The position numbers and the translations under genes are program-made. 64,000 nucleotides of DNA, taken from positions 108,906-172,905 of the forward strand of contig OY970290.1 of assembly GCA_963716205.1 (NCBI GenBank). The letters run 5' to 3'. Under the pieces are notes generated by a model. It had not been told where the DNA came from and searched no databases. It saw only the letters and a program-made list of their open reading frames with translations. The stretch is from an uncultured bacterium. Lineage in GTDB: Bacteria; Patescibacteriota; Minisyncoccia; Phycocordibacterales; GWA1-40-21. This document shows, piece by piece, positions 34,388 to 43,755 of the stretch (its first letter is position 1; each line of letters starts with the position of its first letter).

Positions 34388-35907
34388 TTATTTTAGAGTT
34401 TGATCCTAGCTCAGGATGAACGCTGGCGGCGTGGATAGGGCATGCAAGTCAAGGGGACCGCAAGGTCACCGGCAGACGACATAGTATAAAATAGGTAACG
34501 ACCCCAAAAGTCAGGAATAGCTCGTCGAAAGACGGGGTAATACTTGATGGTCTGCATTTTCGCAAGAAGGTGCAGTAAAGATTTATCGCTTTTGGATCGG
34601 CCTGTTCGGTATCAGCTAGTTGGTAGGGTAATGGCCTACCAAGGCTATGACGCCTAGGGGAGCTGAGAGGCTGACCCCCACCGATGGGACTGAGACACGG
34701 CCCATACACCTACGGGTGGCTGCAGTCGAGAATATTCGACAATGGAGCGAAAGCTCTGATCGAGCGACGCCGCGTGGAGGATGAAGTCCTTCGGGACGTA
34801 AACTCCTTTTGTGAGACGAATAAGTTATTGAATGGTCTAAGAATAAGAGGTTGCTAAACTCGTGCCAGCAGCAGCGGTAATACGAGTGCCTCAAGCGTTA
34901 TCCGGAATTATTGGGCGTAAAGGGTGTGTAGGTGGTTTTGTTAGTCTTCTGTTAAATCTCTGGGCTTAACCCAGAGCATGCAGGGGAAACGGCAAGACTT
35001 GAGAGTATGCGAGGGGTCTGTGGAACTCATAGGTGTAGCGGTGAAATGCGTTGATATTATAGGGGAACACCAAAAGCGAAGGCAGCAGACTGGAGCATTA
35101 CTGACACTGAAACACGAAAGCGTGGGTAGCGAATGGGATTAGATACCCCAGTAGTCCACGCCCTAAACGATGTTCTCTAGGTTTTCGGAGTATCGACCCT
35201 CTGAGAGCCACAGCTAACGCGTTAAGAGAACCGCCTGGGTAGTACGACCGCAAGGTTAAAACTCAAAGGAATAGACGGGGACTTGCACAAGCGGAGGATC
35301 ATGTGGTTTAATTCGACGGTAAACGAAGAACCTTACCAGGGTTTGAAACCTAGCTGAAGTCTAGGTAGAAACATTTGACGTCTCACAAGGACAGCTAGGC
35401 AGGTGATGCATGGCCGTCGTCAGTTCGTGGTTTGAATTGTTCCCTTAAGTGGGGTAACGAACGCAACCCTCGTTGTCTGTTATATATGTCAGGCGAGACT
35501 GCCCAGCCTTTTGGATACGAAGTTCACGCTTCGCGGACAAGAGGCTGGGAGGAAGGTGAGGATGACGCCAGGTCAGCATGTCCCTTTGATACCCTGGGCT
35601 ACACACGTGATACAATGGCACGTACAACGCGATGCGACGCAGTAAGCTGGAGCAAATCGTAAGAAAGCGTGCCCAAGTTCGGATTGAGGTCTGCAACTCG
35701 ACCTCATGAAGCTGGAATCGCTAGTAATCGCGGGTCAGCCATACTGCGGTGAATACGTTCTCAAGTCTTGTACTCACCGCCCGTCAACTCAAGGGAGCTG
35801 GGAATACCCGAAACCAGCGCTTGTCGCTGTCTACGGTAAGTTCGGTGACAGGGAGTAAGTCGTAACAAGGCACGGCTAGCGGAAGCTGGTCGTGGAATTT
35901 TTCAAAT
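34388..35907 (+). rRNA. rrs: 16S rRNA (ends approximate), lacking anti-Shine-Dalgarno
   Basis: AGAGTTTGATCCTAGCTCAG, GTGCCAGCAGCAGCGGTAA, ATTAGATACCC, AAACTCAAAGGAAT, AAGTCGTAACAAGG; flanks 34331-34359 and 36055-36084 are complementary. Confidence 0.98.
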
Positions 35908-36087
35908 CGAACACGCTATCGTCTGGAAGTTTCTAGATAGATGCTGATCGGTCGGTTTTCAATGCCTCAATTGAGCATTGAAAAGGTTGTATGTTCCTTC
36001 ATAACATACTATGCAGTGGGAAAGACTACACAAAGTCCGCCTTCGGGCGGACTAGGAAACGGAACAAAATAAAGAATGATATTTAGT

Positions 36088-36133
36088 ATACAAAAAACAG
36101 GTGCATCCGAAGGGGTGCACCTGTTTTTTGTAT
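36088..36133 (+). terminator. Intrinsic terminator after 16S
   Basis: ATACAAAAAACAGGTGCATCC-GAAG-GGGTGCACCTGTTTTTTGTAT. Confidence 0.85.
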
Positions 36134-36212
36134 GCAATTTTTGAAATGGACTTTTTATTTTTCTTATGGTAATTTTATTCTCGAACGTTATTTCAAAGAA
36201 AGAGGTTTTGAC

Positions 36213-36368
36213 ATGAATCATACAAATATTGCTGCGAACATAAAAACAGCATGTGAGCTCTTTAAAAAAAAAGAACCAAGGAGTAAAGATTTTTCCATAG
36301 TCTTGTTTTCAGCTTTAGTAGCGATAGTTTTTATTATTATTGCTATTTATCATATTTTTGCCAAATAA
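36213..36368 (+). CDS. Small protein (51 aa) with C-terminal TM helix
   Basis: MNHTNIAANIK...FSIVLFSALVAIVFIIIAIYHIFAK; AAGAGG upstream. Confidence 0.5.
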   Translation: MNHTNIAANIKTACELFKKKEPRSKDFSIVLFSALVAIVFIIIAIYHIFAK

Positions 36369-36497
36369 AATCTTTCGTTTTTCTAAAGAAAGCAAATCAG
36401 GAGATACTTGACAAATATGATATATATGCGATAATTAACACTAGAGAAAAATAAGCCATTCTCTTCAACATTATCTCGACACTTTGGAGGATTGGAA

Positions 36498-36641
36498 ATG
36501 TTCAATGCAAGCATGATTTTGAGAAAAGGTATCAAATTCTGTAACAGGCTCGATAATCAGTTCCACTTGTGGTGTAGCAAATTATCGCCGGTGGGTATCG
36601 CTGCCGTTATTGTTATTTTGATCATGTTGTTGCTTCGATAA
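36498..36641 (+). CDS. Small protein (47 aa) with C-terminal TM helix, not in ORF track
   Basis: MFNASMILRKGIKFCNRLDNQFHLWCSKLSPVGIAAVIVILIMLLLR*; TTGACA..GATAAT promoter, GGAGG upstream, GC hairpin + T-tract downstream. Confidence 0.55.
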   Translation: MFNASMILRKGIKFCNRLDNQFHLWCSKLSPVGIAAVIVILIMLLLR

Positions 36642-36728
36642 ATTTTTTTAAAGCGGTGCGCTCTCGGTTTACCGGGGGCGCTTTTTGTTTGTATTTTGCA
36701 TAATTTTTTGCTATATTTCGGTTTGTCT

Positions 36729-36805
36729 GCGCGATTAGCTCAGGTGGTTAGAGCGCGTCACTGATAATGACGAGGTCCCAAGTTCGAGTCTTGGATCGCG
36801 CACCA
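36729..36805 (+). tRNA. tRNA-Ile(GAT)
   Basis: Acceptor GCGCGAT/ATCGCGC + ACCA; anticodon arm CGTCA-CTGATAA-TGACG; TTCGA T-loop. Confidence 0.96.
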
Positions 36806-36852
36806 AGTAAGACATTTTTATTTTGCCTAAATTGTTGTATCATCAGCCGAAT

Positions 36853-36934
36853 GGGCATGTGGTGGAACTGGTATACACGTACGCTTCAGAAGCGTATTCC
36901 GCAAGGATTGAGGGTTCGAGTCCCTCCATGCCCA
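36853..36934 (+). tRNA. tRNA-Leu(CAG), CCA not encoded; integration target
   Basis: Acceptor GGGCATG/CATGCCC + A; anticodon arm TACGC-TTCAGAA-GCGTA; variable arm TCC-GCAA-GGA; GAGGG-TTCGAGT-CCCTC. Confidence 0.95.
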
Positions 36935-38580
36935 CAATCAGCGATGAATCGGCTTTGTAAGGCTTCAAATCCGTTTCTACACTTATATCCCAACGTATTT
37001 TCAGAAAGGGAAAGTTCGGAAAAAATTACCTTTACCATTTCGGCTTTTTCTTCTGAATTAGCCAGTTTGTAATATTCATAGCCATTTTTTAAGAGTTCGG
37101 AAAGTTTTATAATATCCTTTATTACTTCATGCATTGCAATATCTGAAATTTGCTCGGCATCTTGAAAGGTAACGAGCTCATTACTCAATTTATTTTCTTC
37201 ATCTAAAAATGCCTCGGGGGAGTATACACCACTTTTCAGTAAGGTAAGTTTATTAGTTCTTAGATAAGTAAGGTCTTCTCGCACTTTCTTTTTTCTTCTA
37301 TCGTTCTGTTCAATTTCTTTCAATCTTTTATTTTCAAAGGTTGTAATATCGTTTTTAGTCCTAGCATCTATTTCCGCAAGTTCAGCATCAGTAAAAGAAA
37401 GATTTGATATAAGCTCACCAACTTTTTCTTCAAGGAAGTTGAGATTGAAATTTTTCTTTGTATTATCACACCCTTTTGGACAACGAGTACCAAAATAAAG
37501 AATTCCTTTGCGAGTGTAGGGTGTATAGAGACGTTCGCAAACAGAACAGCGAATCATTCCTCTGTGAATATGCTTTATTTTGTCTGTGTAATACAAACTA
37601 GTTTTCTTTTTCTTTAACATCAATTGGACATTCTCAAACAACTCATCAGATATTAATGCCTCATGACTTACACTTGTTAGCCAGACACCTTCATTACCCA
37701 ATATTCTGCCGGTATAGAATTTATTACTCAAGATTTTCTGAAGACTATTAGCCTCTATAATTTTAGATACTTTTTCTTTATTTATTTTCTCGTCATCATC
37801 TTCGGCAAGCATTTCCTCCTTTGTTCTCCTAGGACGCATTGGATTAGTGGTGAATCCTTGTTCTGTTGCATATCGTGCAAGGTCGGCCAAAGACCAGTCA
37901 CCATTAGAATACATTTCGAACATCTTTTTTATAATTGGTGCTCTTATGGGGTCGAATGGCTTATGTTCCATTGTTCCTTCATTTAAGTAGCCTATGGGGG
38001 CTTTGTAAGTGCATACGCCTTTATTTCTCAAGTTCCACGTAGCAATGGTTACTTTCTCACTCGTAACCCTTGAATGGTGTTCTGCAAACATTCCATCTAT
38101 ATCCATGTGTAGTGCACCAGAGCTAGATTTATCATAAGTAGCATAAACAAAATGGACATCAACACCGCTTTTCATAAGTTTTCGTATAATAGTATCATCG
38201 CCTTGATTTCTGCTAATCCTATCCCAAGAAAAACAAATAAAACCTTTGAATAAACCTTTACTCAAAAATTGAACAAGTTTAAAAAATTTTGGTCGTTCTA
38301 TGTGGTACTGGACTGAACCATTTTCAGTAAATGTGAGAACATCATCTGTTTTGAATCCAGAATGTTTTTCAGAAATTATTCCATCAGTGCAAAAACCAGT
38401 AATGGTTAACGGGGCTATGTTGAACCTGTGATTAAAAGCATATTTTGTGTTTTCTGCTTTTTGAATTTTGATTGAATTTTTTTGGTTATCAGCCTCGTCA
38501 GTACTTTTTCGATTATAAATCAAATAATATTCCCTATATTTGCCACTATCAATTTCTTTTAAGATTTTTTCATCAATCAT
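36886..38580 (-). CDS. Large serine recombinase (resolvase + recombinase + Zn-ribbon); C-terminus reads antisense into tRNA-Leu
   Basis: YNRKSTD (catalytic Ser), SWDRISRN, APIGY, IL.NKFYTG, HEALIS, CSVC...C..C, coiled coil. Confidence 0.92.
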   Translation of the reverse strand: MIDEKILKEIDSGKYREYYLIYNRKSTDEADNQKNSIKIQKAENTKYAFNHRFNIAPLTITGFCTDGIISEKHSGFKTDDVLTFTENGSVQYHIERPKFFKLVQFLSKGLFKGFICFSWDRISRNQGDDTIIRKLMKSGVDVHFVYATYDKSSSGALHMDIDGMFAEHHSRVTSEKVTIATWNLRNKGVCTYKAPIGYLNEGTMEHKPFDPIRAPIIKKMFEMYSNGDWSLADLARYATEQGFTTNPMRPRRTKEEMLAEDDDEKINKEKVSKIIEANSLQKILSNKFYTGRILGNEGVWLTSVSHEALISDELFENVQLMLKKKKTSLYYTDKIKHIHRGMIRCSVCERLYTPYTRKGILYFGTRCPKGCDNTKKNFNLNFLEEKVGELISNLSFTDAELAEIDARTKNDITTFENKRLKEIEQNDRRKKKVREDLTYLRTNKLTLLKSGVYSPEAFLDEENKLSNELVTFQDAEQISDIAMHEVIKDIIKLSELLKNGYEYYKLANSEEKAEMVKVIFSELSLSENTLGYKCRNGFEALQSRFIADCGHGGTRTLNPCGIRF

Positions 38581-38589
38581 ACTTTTATA

Positions 38590-38778
38590 TTAATATTTTA
38601 TGATATCAAGTTTTTTTATTTTACCATCAACGATAGTATATCCTTCAGAAATCAAACGTTTGTGGATTTTTTTTAATATTTCCCCTAGTTCACCTAGAGA
38701 TTCAACAGTCTCTTTGGTGAAAATCAGCTCATCCCTGTTTACGGGGGGATAACAAGGATTTATGCTTAACTCCTTCAT
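38590..38778 (-). CDS. Small protein upstream of the recombinase (candidate directionality factor)
   Basis: MKELSINPC...ELGEILKKIHKRLISEGYTIVDGKIKK; co-oriented, 9 nt before the recombinase start. Function is inference only. Confidence 0.6.
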   Translation of the reverse strand: MKELSINPCYPPVNRDELIFTKETVESLGELGEILKKIHKRLISEGYTIVDGKIKKLDIIKY

Positions 38779-38857
38779 TTTAACAATTTCCAACTTAATT
38801 CTCCAGTCTTAACTTTCTAGCACAATTCTACATATGCAGGGTTTAAACCGTTTTCTA

Positions 38858-40213
38858 CTAAAATATTTTGAGTAGTTCTTCCTCACTAATTCGACCATCT
38901 TCTGCAATGTTCATGACGTTCATATGTTCACTATCGCCAAGGTTTTCATCAATAATACCAAATCTTTCCTTCCAAAAATCAAGTCTTTCTCTGTTTTTAT
39001 TAGTATCAAGAATCCACCCATTACTTGTTCTTCTTGATTTGAGTTGCAGTTTTTTTCTAAGAAGATATCCGATTTTTTTAGGTGATAACATATCTTTAAA
39101 CTCAAGTTCAGTGTCATGATTTATAGCATTAGAAATTTCCTTCATAGTAAATTCTTTTTTGTCTATATCGTGTTCAAGTTTAAGAATAGTAAAGACAATT
39201 TCAGACTCTCTACTCTGACCCCTGTCAGCTATCAATTCTTGGTTATAATTTTGTATAAATTCCTTGAATTTTTCTTTCACCTCGTCAGATTCAATAATCG
39301 AAAGAATTGGAATTGCAATTTGTTGTAGCCTCGGTGTTATGCCACTGATTATGCCTTCGTGATATGCAAGGGGTTTAAAATAGTTTCTAAATCTCCACAT
39401 CAATAATTTATTTCTAATCATTCTAGCTTCTTCATAAAATTCGTCTGGGAGTCTGTGTGGTATATCCGTTCTCAGTATTCCAATACCCATTTCCTCAACA
39501 AGAAATCTACTCTCAAGAGCACTATCACTGAAGGTTTCTCTAGTGCCAACTATTTTTGGTGAATATACATCATATGCTTTTACTTCATAGGTATTGGCAT
39601 CACATCTAAGCACAGACCCACCTTTTTGAAATCCCATATTCAGTATTTTCACAATATCATCTGTAGTTTCGCTTGATTTATAATCAGCTTCATCTAGAAC
39701 AAGAGTTCCACCTATATCATTTAGAATTCTAAAAATTGGTGCTGAACTTGTAGCTCCACCCGTAAATATGGGTTTGTAACAAATTGAGCCAATTGTTCTT
39801 AAAAATCTACTCTTACCAGAACCCAAATCACCCAAAGCTCTTAGATAGGGTACTTCATTGAATCTATCATAAAGCCAACTAAGCATAACGTAATAACTAG
39901 AAATCTCTTCAAATTTTGGCGAGATATCTAAATATTTATGTATGAATACTCTTATTTCTTCAATGATTTTTTCGTTCGTTTCATACTCAACCGGTTCTGA
40001 TGGAAAGAGTATAATATTTTTGGTAATTAAATCACTTCTTCCATCTAGTGGCTGAAATTCACCATTAGAATTTTTTATAACATCAAGTCTTGTAATTTCT
40101 CCATTCTCATAAGATACGAACTCCGCCTTTTGATTGGCTGAGTCATATACCATTTCTACTATCTGATTATTTATTACTAACGATGCCTTTCTTTTTATCT
40201 TGCTATTTTCCAT
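38858..40213 (-). CDS. P-loop ATPase, putative replication helicase of the element
   Basis: PYLRALGDLGSGKS (Walker A), TLVLDEAD (Walker B), ALESRF; C-terminal winged-helix-like region. Confidence 0.7.
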   Translation of the reverse strand: MENSKIKRKASLVINNQIVEMVYDSANQKAEFVSYENGEITRLDVIKNSNGEFQPLDGRSDLITKNIILFPSEPVEYETNEKIIEEIRVFIHKYLDISPKFEEISSYYVMLSWLYDRFNEVPYLRALGDLGSGKSRFLRTIGSICYKPIFTGGATSSAPIFRILNDIGGTLVLDEADYKSSETTDDIVKILNMGFQKGGSVLRCDANTYEVKAYDVYSPKIVGTRETFSDSALESRFLVEEMGIGILRTDIPHRLPDEFYEEARMIRNKLLMWRFRNYFKPLAYHEGIISGITPRLQQIAIPILSIIESDEVKEKFKEFIQNYNQELIADRGQSRESEIVFTILKLEHDIDKKEFTMKEISNAINHDTELEFKDMLSPKKIGYLLRKKLQLKSRRTSNGWILDTNKNRERLDFWKERFGIIDENLGDSEHMNVMNIAEDGRISEEELLKIF

Positions 40214-40248
40214 GTAATTTTTATATTTATTTTATTTCTTAATAATTT

Positions 40249-40503
40249 CTAATCATTCAATCTATCCAACAATTCTTTTCTAGCTCTTTCGTATATATGG
40301 ACTGAAACAAGCAGTCTTTCATCATCTCTGTCTCCAAACTTATAAAGCCAATCCAATTCTTCTAGGGTCGGAGTTTTGATAAAAACGAATTCTTTCTGGT
40401 CGCCTTTAAGCGGATTTATTCCAACAATTTGTTGGCTATTGGCATACAGAAAAACTGCCAAGTTTAAATTTGTTATTCTCAAATATCTATCATCTATCTT
40501 CAT
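40249..40503 (-). CDS. Small protein, DUF5659-like
   Basis: TNLNLAVFLYA...FVF pattern recalled for DUF5659-type small proteins of mobile elements; not verified by search. Confidence 0.55.
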   Translation of the reverse strand: MKIDDRYLRITNLNLAVFLYANSQQIVGINPLKGDQKEFVFIKTPTLEELDWLYKFGDRDDERLLVSVHIYERARKELLDRLND

Positions 40504-40720
40504 AAATAGTTTTATTTAATTTTATTTTCAACTTCTTTTACATAAACAAAAAAGGAGGTCCTCTGACCCCATCATTGAAAAAAATATTCGACCAAAGCTT
40601 TGCAGGGGATGATAATGTATTAAATCCCCAATTCTTTATATTAATCTTAATGTTGTGTGTCAGAGGTCTAACGTTATGAACCCCTAATCAATTGCAAACT
40701 GTAAACGAACTTGTATATGT

Positions 40721-40749
40721 ATTATAACATAATCCTTGACAGAATGCAA
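40721..40749 (-). promoter_or_regulatory. Leftward promoter of the element core operon
   Basis: Minus strand TTGCAT-N17-TATAAT with extended TG. Confidence 0.7.
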
Positions 40750-41365
40750 GGACTATTATCAAAAATATGTATCTTTATGCCAATATTTTGGTAGTATATA
40801 TTATTATACCCTTATTTATAGGCATATTTTAAAAATAATAGGAAAATACCTTTGAGATATATTATACAATAAAATAACCCCTTGACAGAGCTAAAAAGAC
40901 CATTTTTACCTAGATAAGGTCATTTTAATTGGTGTGAACATGTGAACTTTGTGTACATTGTACAGGTAGCTAAAGTGATAAAAGTTTCACTTTCTCCATA
41001 AAAAATATTTACCGCAAAAATACCAATATATCCAACAAAATTAGGCTTTTATTTGAATCTGGACATTGTATATTTGAACTATTTGATAGGTTAACTTTAA
41101 ATAATTCTTTTCCCTAATAAAACCCTCTCGGGGGGTATGTTGTTTAAATATTCTTTTTTGGTGCTATAATTAGCTGACAATTGAATAAGAAGTAATCTAA
41201 ACTAGCGAGTAATTGCTAGCATGATGAAAGGAAACCGATAAAGGATAAAAAACCCATCATATGGGGCTTTACCTTTATCGGTCATATCGGGAAACTGGTA
41301 TGGATAGCGCAAGCTATCACCCATGTGGTGGGCTTTTTGTGTTTAAAAATTTAATCAAAATAATT

Positions 41366-41836
41366 ATGAAACCTACTATAAGTTATTTTGCTGATGCTTT
41401 AATGTCTTTTGGTTTATTGGGCGAAATTTATTCTGTAGCTTTCGCCTCTTTCTGGGTAGCGGTTTTGCTTGTTGTACTATTTTCTACCATGTTTATTGTC
41501 GGACTTGAGATGGCTATTGAAGACGTAATTTATAAAGATAAACTTAAAACTGCGCAACAAGCAGTTGTTGATGCACAAGGAGCACTTGATGAAGCACAGA
41601 AAGCTGTTGATGTAGCTAAACAAAATTCTGAAGAAGTGAATTTAAAAGCAATAGAGGCAATGAAAGAAATCAATACGAAGATTAGGGATGGTGAGAAAAA
41701 ATTGAATGAAGAAATGGCTATTGATGCTGAAAATTTTTATAAACAAAATCCAAATTTGAAATGGAATCCAACTGATAAGCAGGCAAAAGCTATAAAAGTC
41801 ATTAACGAAACAAAAAAATTGTTTGGAATTAAGTAA
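41366..41836 (+). CDS. Cargo: membrane protein with coiled coil (start re-called at 41366)
   Basis: Two hydrophobic segments then AQQAVVDAQGALDEAQKA heptads. Confidence 0.65.
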   Translation: MKPTISYFADALMSFGLLGEIYSVAFASFWVAVLLVVLFSTMFIVGLEMAIEDVIYKDKLKTAQQAVVDAQGALDEAQKAVDVAKQNSEEVNLKAIEAMKEINTKIRDGEKKLNEEMAIDAENFYKQNPNLKWNPTDKQAKAIKVINETKKLFGIK

Positions 41837-41841
41837 AAAAT

Positions 41842-42837
41842 ATGAAAAAATATCTCTATATTTTAATTTTTACTTCTCTAATTATTCCAACTATTTCTTT
41901 TGCTGATTCTGGTGCATGTTCATACCATGATGGAGTTAATTGTTCTGCTGGACCTAATGTTTCAGACGGTACAGTTATTTGTAACGACGGTTCCAGTGAT
42001 AGTTCGGTTTTGTATATAAATATGAACGAATGTAATAATGTTCCTCCAATATACTGTCCTAGTTCTTGGACTCAAACTGATGTAGTTAGTACAAATAATT
42101 CTGTTGCTCAGCTTCAACAACAAGCAGACAACAATTTAAATGAATATGAGTCTGTTATAAGTCAAATAGAAAATGGCACATATCCACTAAATCCAAACCA
42201 ACAAAGTCAAATAAATAATTATAAACAACAGACTGAAGCCCTGATACAACAACAGCAAACAGCAAATCAAAACCTACAAAACGGAATGGCGATGTCAAAC
42301 TTTAGAGAAGGAGGTTCTTATTCACCCGACACCTACTCTCAGGTAGGAAGTAGTGCAGTAAATAATCTTACAATCCAAATGAATGGAACAATAGCTTCTT
42401 TGACCCAATCTTTTTTAAATACCGATGTTGGAATTGAAAAAGAACTTTATTCTGTAGAAGAAAATTCAAGTAATGGAAAAATAGGGCGACTTCTTAGTTT
42501 ACTAAACTGTAATCGTACTGATTTAGTTGTTCCAACAGAATCGACTTCAACTATTGAAGTAAATAACAGTGTTTCAGAAAATATAACACAGAACATACCT
42601 ACAACAACAGAGTCACAACAGCAACCTGTTATTGCACCACAAGCAGTCATTCAGTTTTCTCACACTAAAATTCCAACACCACAAGAAGTACAAAATTTTG
42701 GTCAATCATCAGGAACAGAAAGTAAAATACCAAACTTGAATACTGTTACAATGCCACGTACACTTCCAATAACACAACCTAAACCATCTAAATTTCAACA
42801 TTGGTATGATTGGCTAAACCCATTTAATTGGTTTTAA
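41842..42837 (+). CDS. Cargo: secreted Cys-motif, Gln/Asn-rich protein
   Basis: Signal peptide (ISFA|D), GACSYHDGVNC...VICNDG, C-terminal WYDWLNPFNWF. Confidence 0.7.
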   Translation: MKKYLYILIFTSLIIPTISFADSGACSYHDGVNCSAGPNVSDGTVICNDGSSDSSVLYINMNECNNVPPIYCPSSWTQTDVVSTNNSVAQLQQQADNNLNEYESVISQIENGTYPLNPNQQSQINNYKQQTEALIQQQQTANQNLQNGMAMSNFREGGSYSPDTYSQVGSSAVNNLTIQMNGTIASLTQSFLNTDVGIEKELYSVEENSSNGKIGRLLSLLNCNRTDLVVPTESTSTIEVNNSVSENITQNIPTTTESQQQPVIAPQAVIQFSHTKIPTPQEVQNFGQSSGTESKIPNLNTVTMPRTLPITQPKPSKFQHWYDWLNPFNWF

Positions 42838-42882
42838 AAATATGGTAGTGTGTGGAAATAAGTGCTAAAATTATATAATAAT

Positions 42883-43737
42883 ATGTTTAATTTTCTACAC
42901 AACATTTTATCAGCTATAGGTACAGCTATTATTTCTATAGGCTTACTTTTCGGTGGAACACATACAGTTCTAATAAAAGCTACTAGCACATCAGATATAA
43001 CTGTTGTAAGCACTTCTACTCCTCGAATTGTAACAAGTACTACAACTACTATCATCAATACAATTCAGGATAAACAAAATTATGAACCCCTTTTAGAAAC
43101 TTTTATAAATGGCAGAATAGAAAATTTTAATAACCTTAATCAATGGATTGCATCCACATCTGAAGTGTTTGATTCAAGACTGGATATGCTTAATAAATTA
43201 ATGTCTAGCAACCAAGCTACTTTTTTAGCAAGTAGTAACCCAACATTTAATTCAATTGGTCAAATGTTTAATCAGTTGTACCTCAATGACGCAAGTACAA
43301 CAAATAGTTATAAGTCACAAATTAATTTTATTGTTTCTGATATAAATTCTGCTATTACAACTCTCCAAACAAATAAAAATAATGCAAAGGGCACGTCTGT
43401 TTCAAAGCAAAGTTTTTTATCAGATGCTAATACACTAAATCAGTGGGATACTGCTTGGAGTGTTGCACAAAAAGCAGTTGTAACAGTTTTAACAAATTAT
43501 AATAACTGGGCAAATTATGCAGATGCTGGATACAATCAAGCATGGTCTTCCACTGATACATTTCTGAATAATTATTCATCAAATTATACTAACTACGTTA
43601 GTAGTAATTATATTCCACCAGTACAAGTAGTAAATTTGAATAATATACCTAAAATGCCGGTCGTTTGTACGTTTAATGCGAATACAAGTTTTAGTGGTGA
43701 TTCGGGTTATACAAATGGGTCTGGTATGTGCCAGTAA
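42883..43737 (+). CDS. Cargo: secreted/anchored helical protein
   Basis: N-terminal hydrophobic segment, Thr/Ser linker, helical body, terminal Cys pair. Confidence 0.65.
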   Translation: MFNFLHNILSAIGTAIISIGLLFGGTHTVLIKATSTSDITVVSTSTPRIVTSTTTTIINTIQDKQNYEPLLETFINGRIENFNNLNQWIASTSEVFDSRLDMLNKLMSSNQATFLASSNPTFNSIGQMFNQLYLNDASTTNSYKSQINFIVSDINSAITTLQTNKNNAKGTSVSKQSFLSDANTLNQWDTAWSVAQKAVVTVLTNYNNWANYADAGYNQAWSSTDTFLNNYSSNYTNYVSSNYIPPVQVVNLNNIPKMPVVCTFNANTSFSGDSGYTNGSGMCQ

Positions 43738-43755
43738 TATTCTAATTTCTCTATA

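Noticed and set aside
34449-36221. ORF-track ORFs within the 16S gene and trailer; hairpins in the trailer as a tRNA
   Set aside because: Shadow ORFs of rRNA; the trailer has no cloverleaf or T-loop consensus.
36767-37072. Plus-strand 101-aa ORF
   Set aside because: Overlaps both tRNAs and runs antisense to the recombinase.
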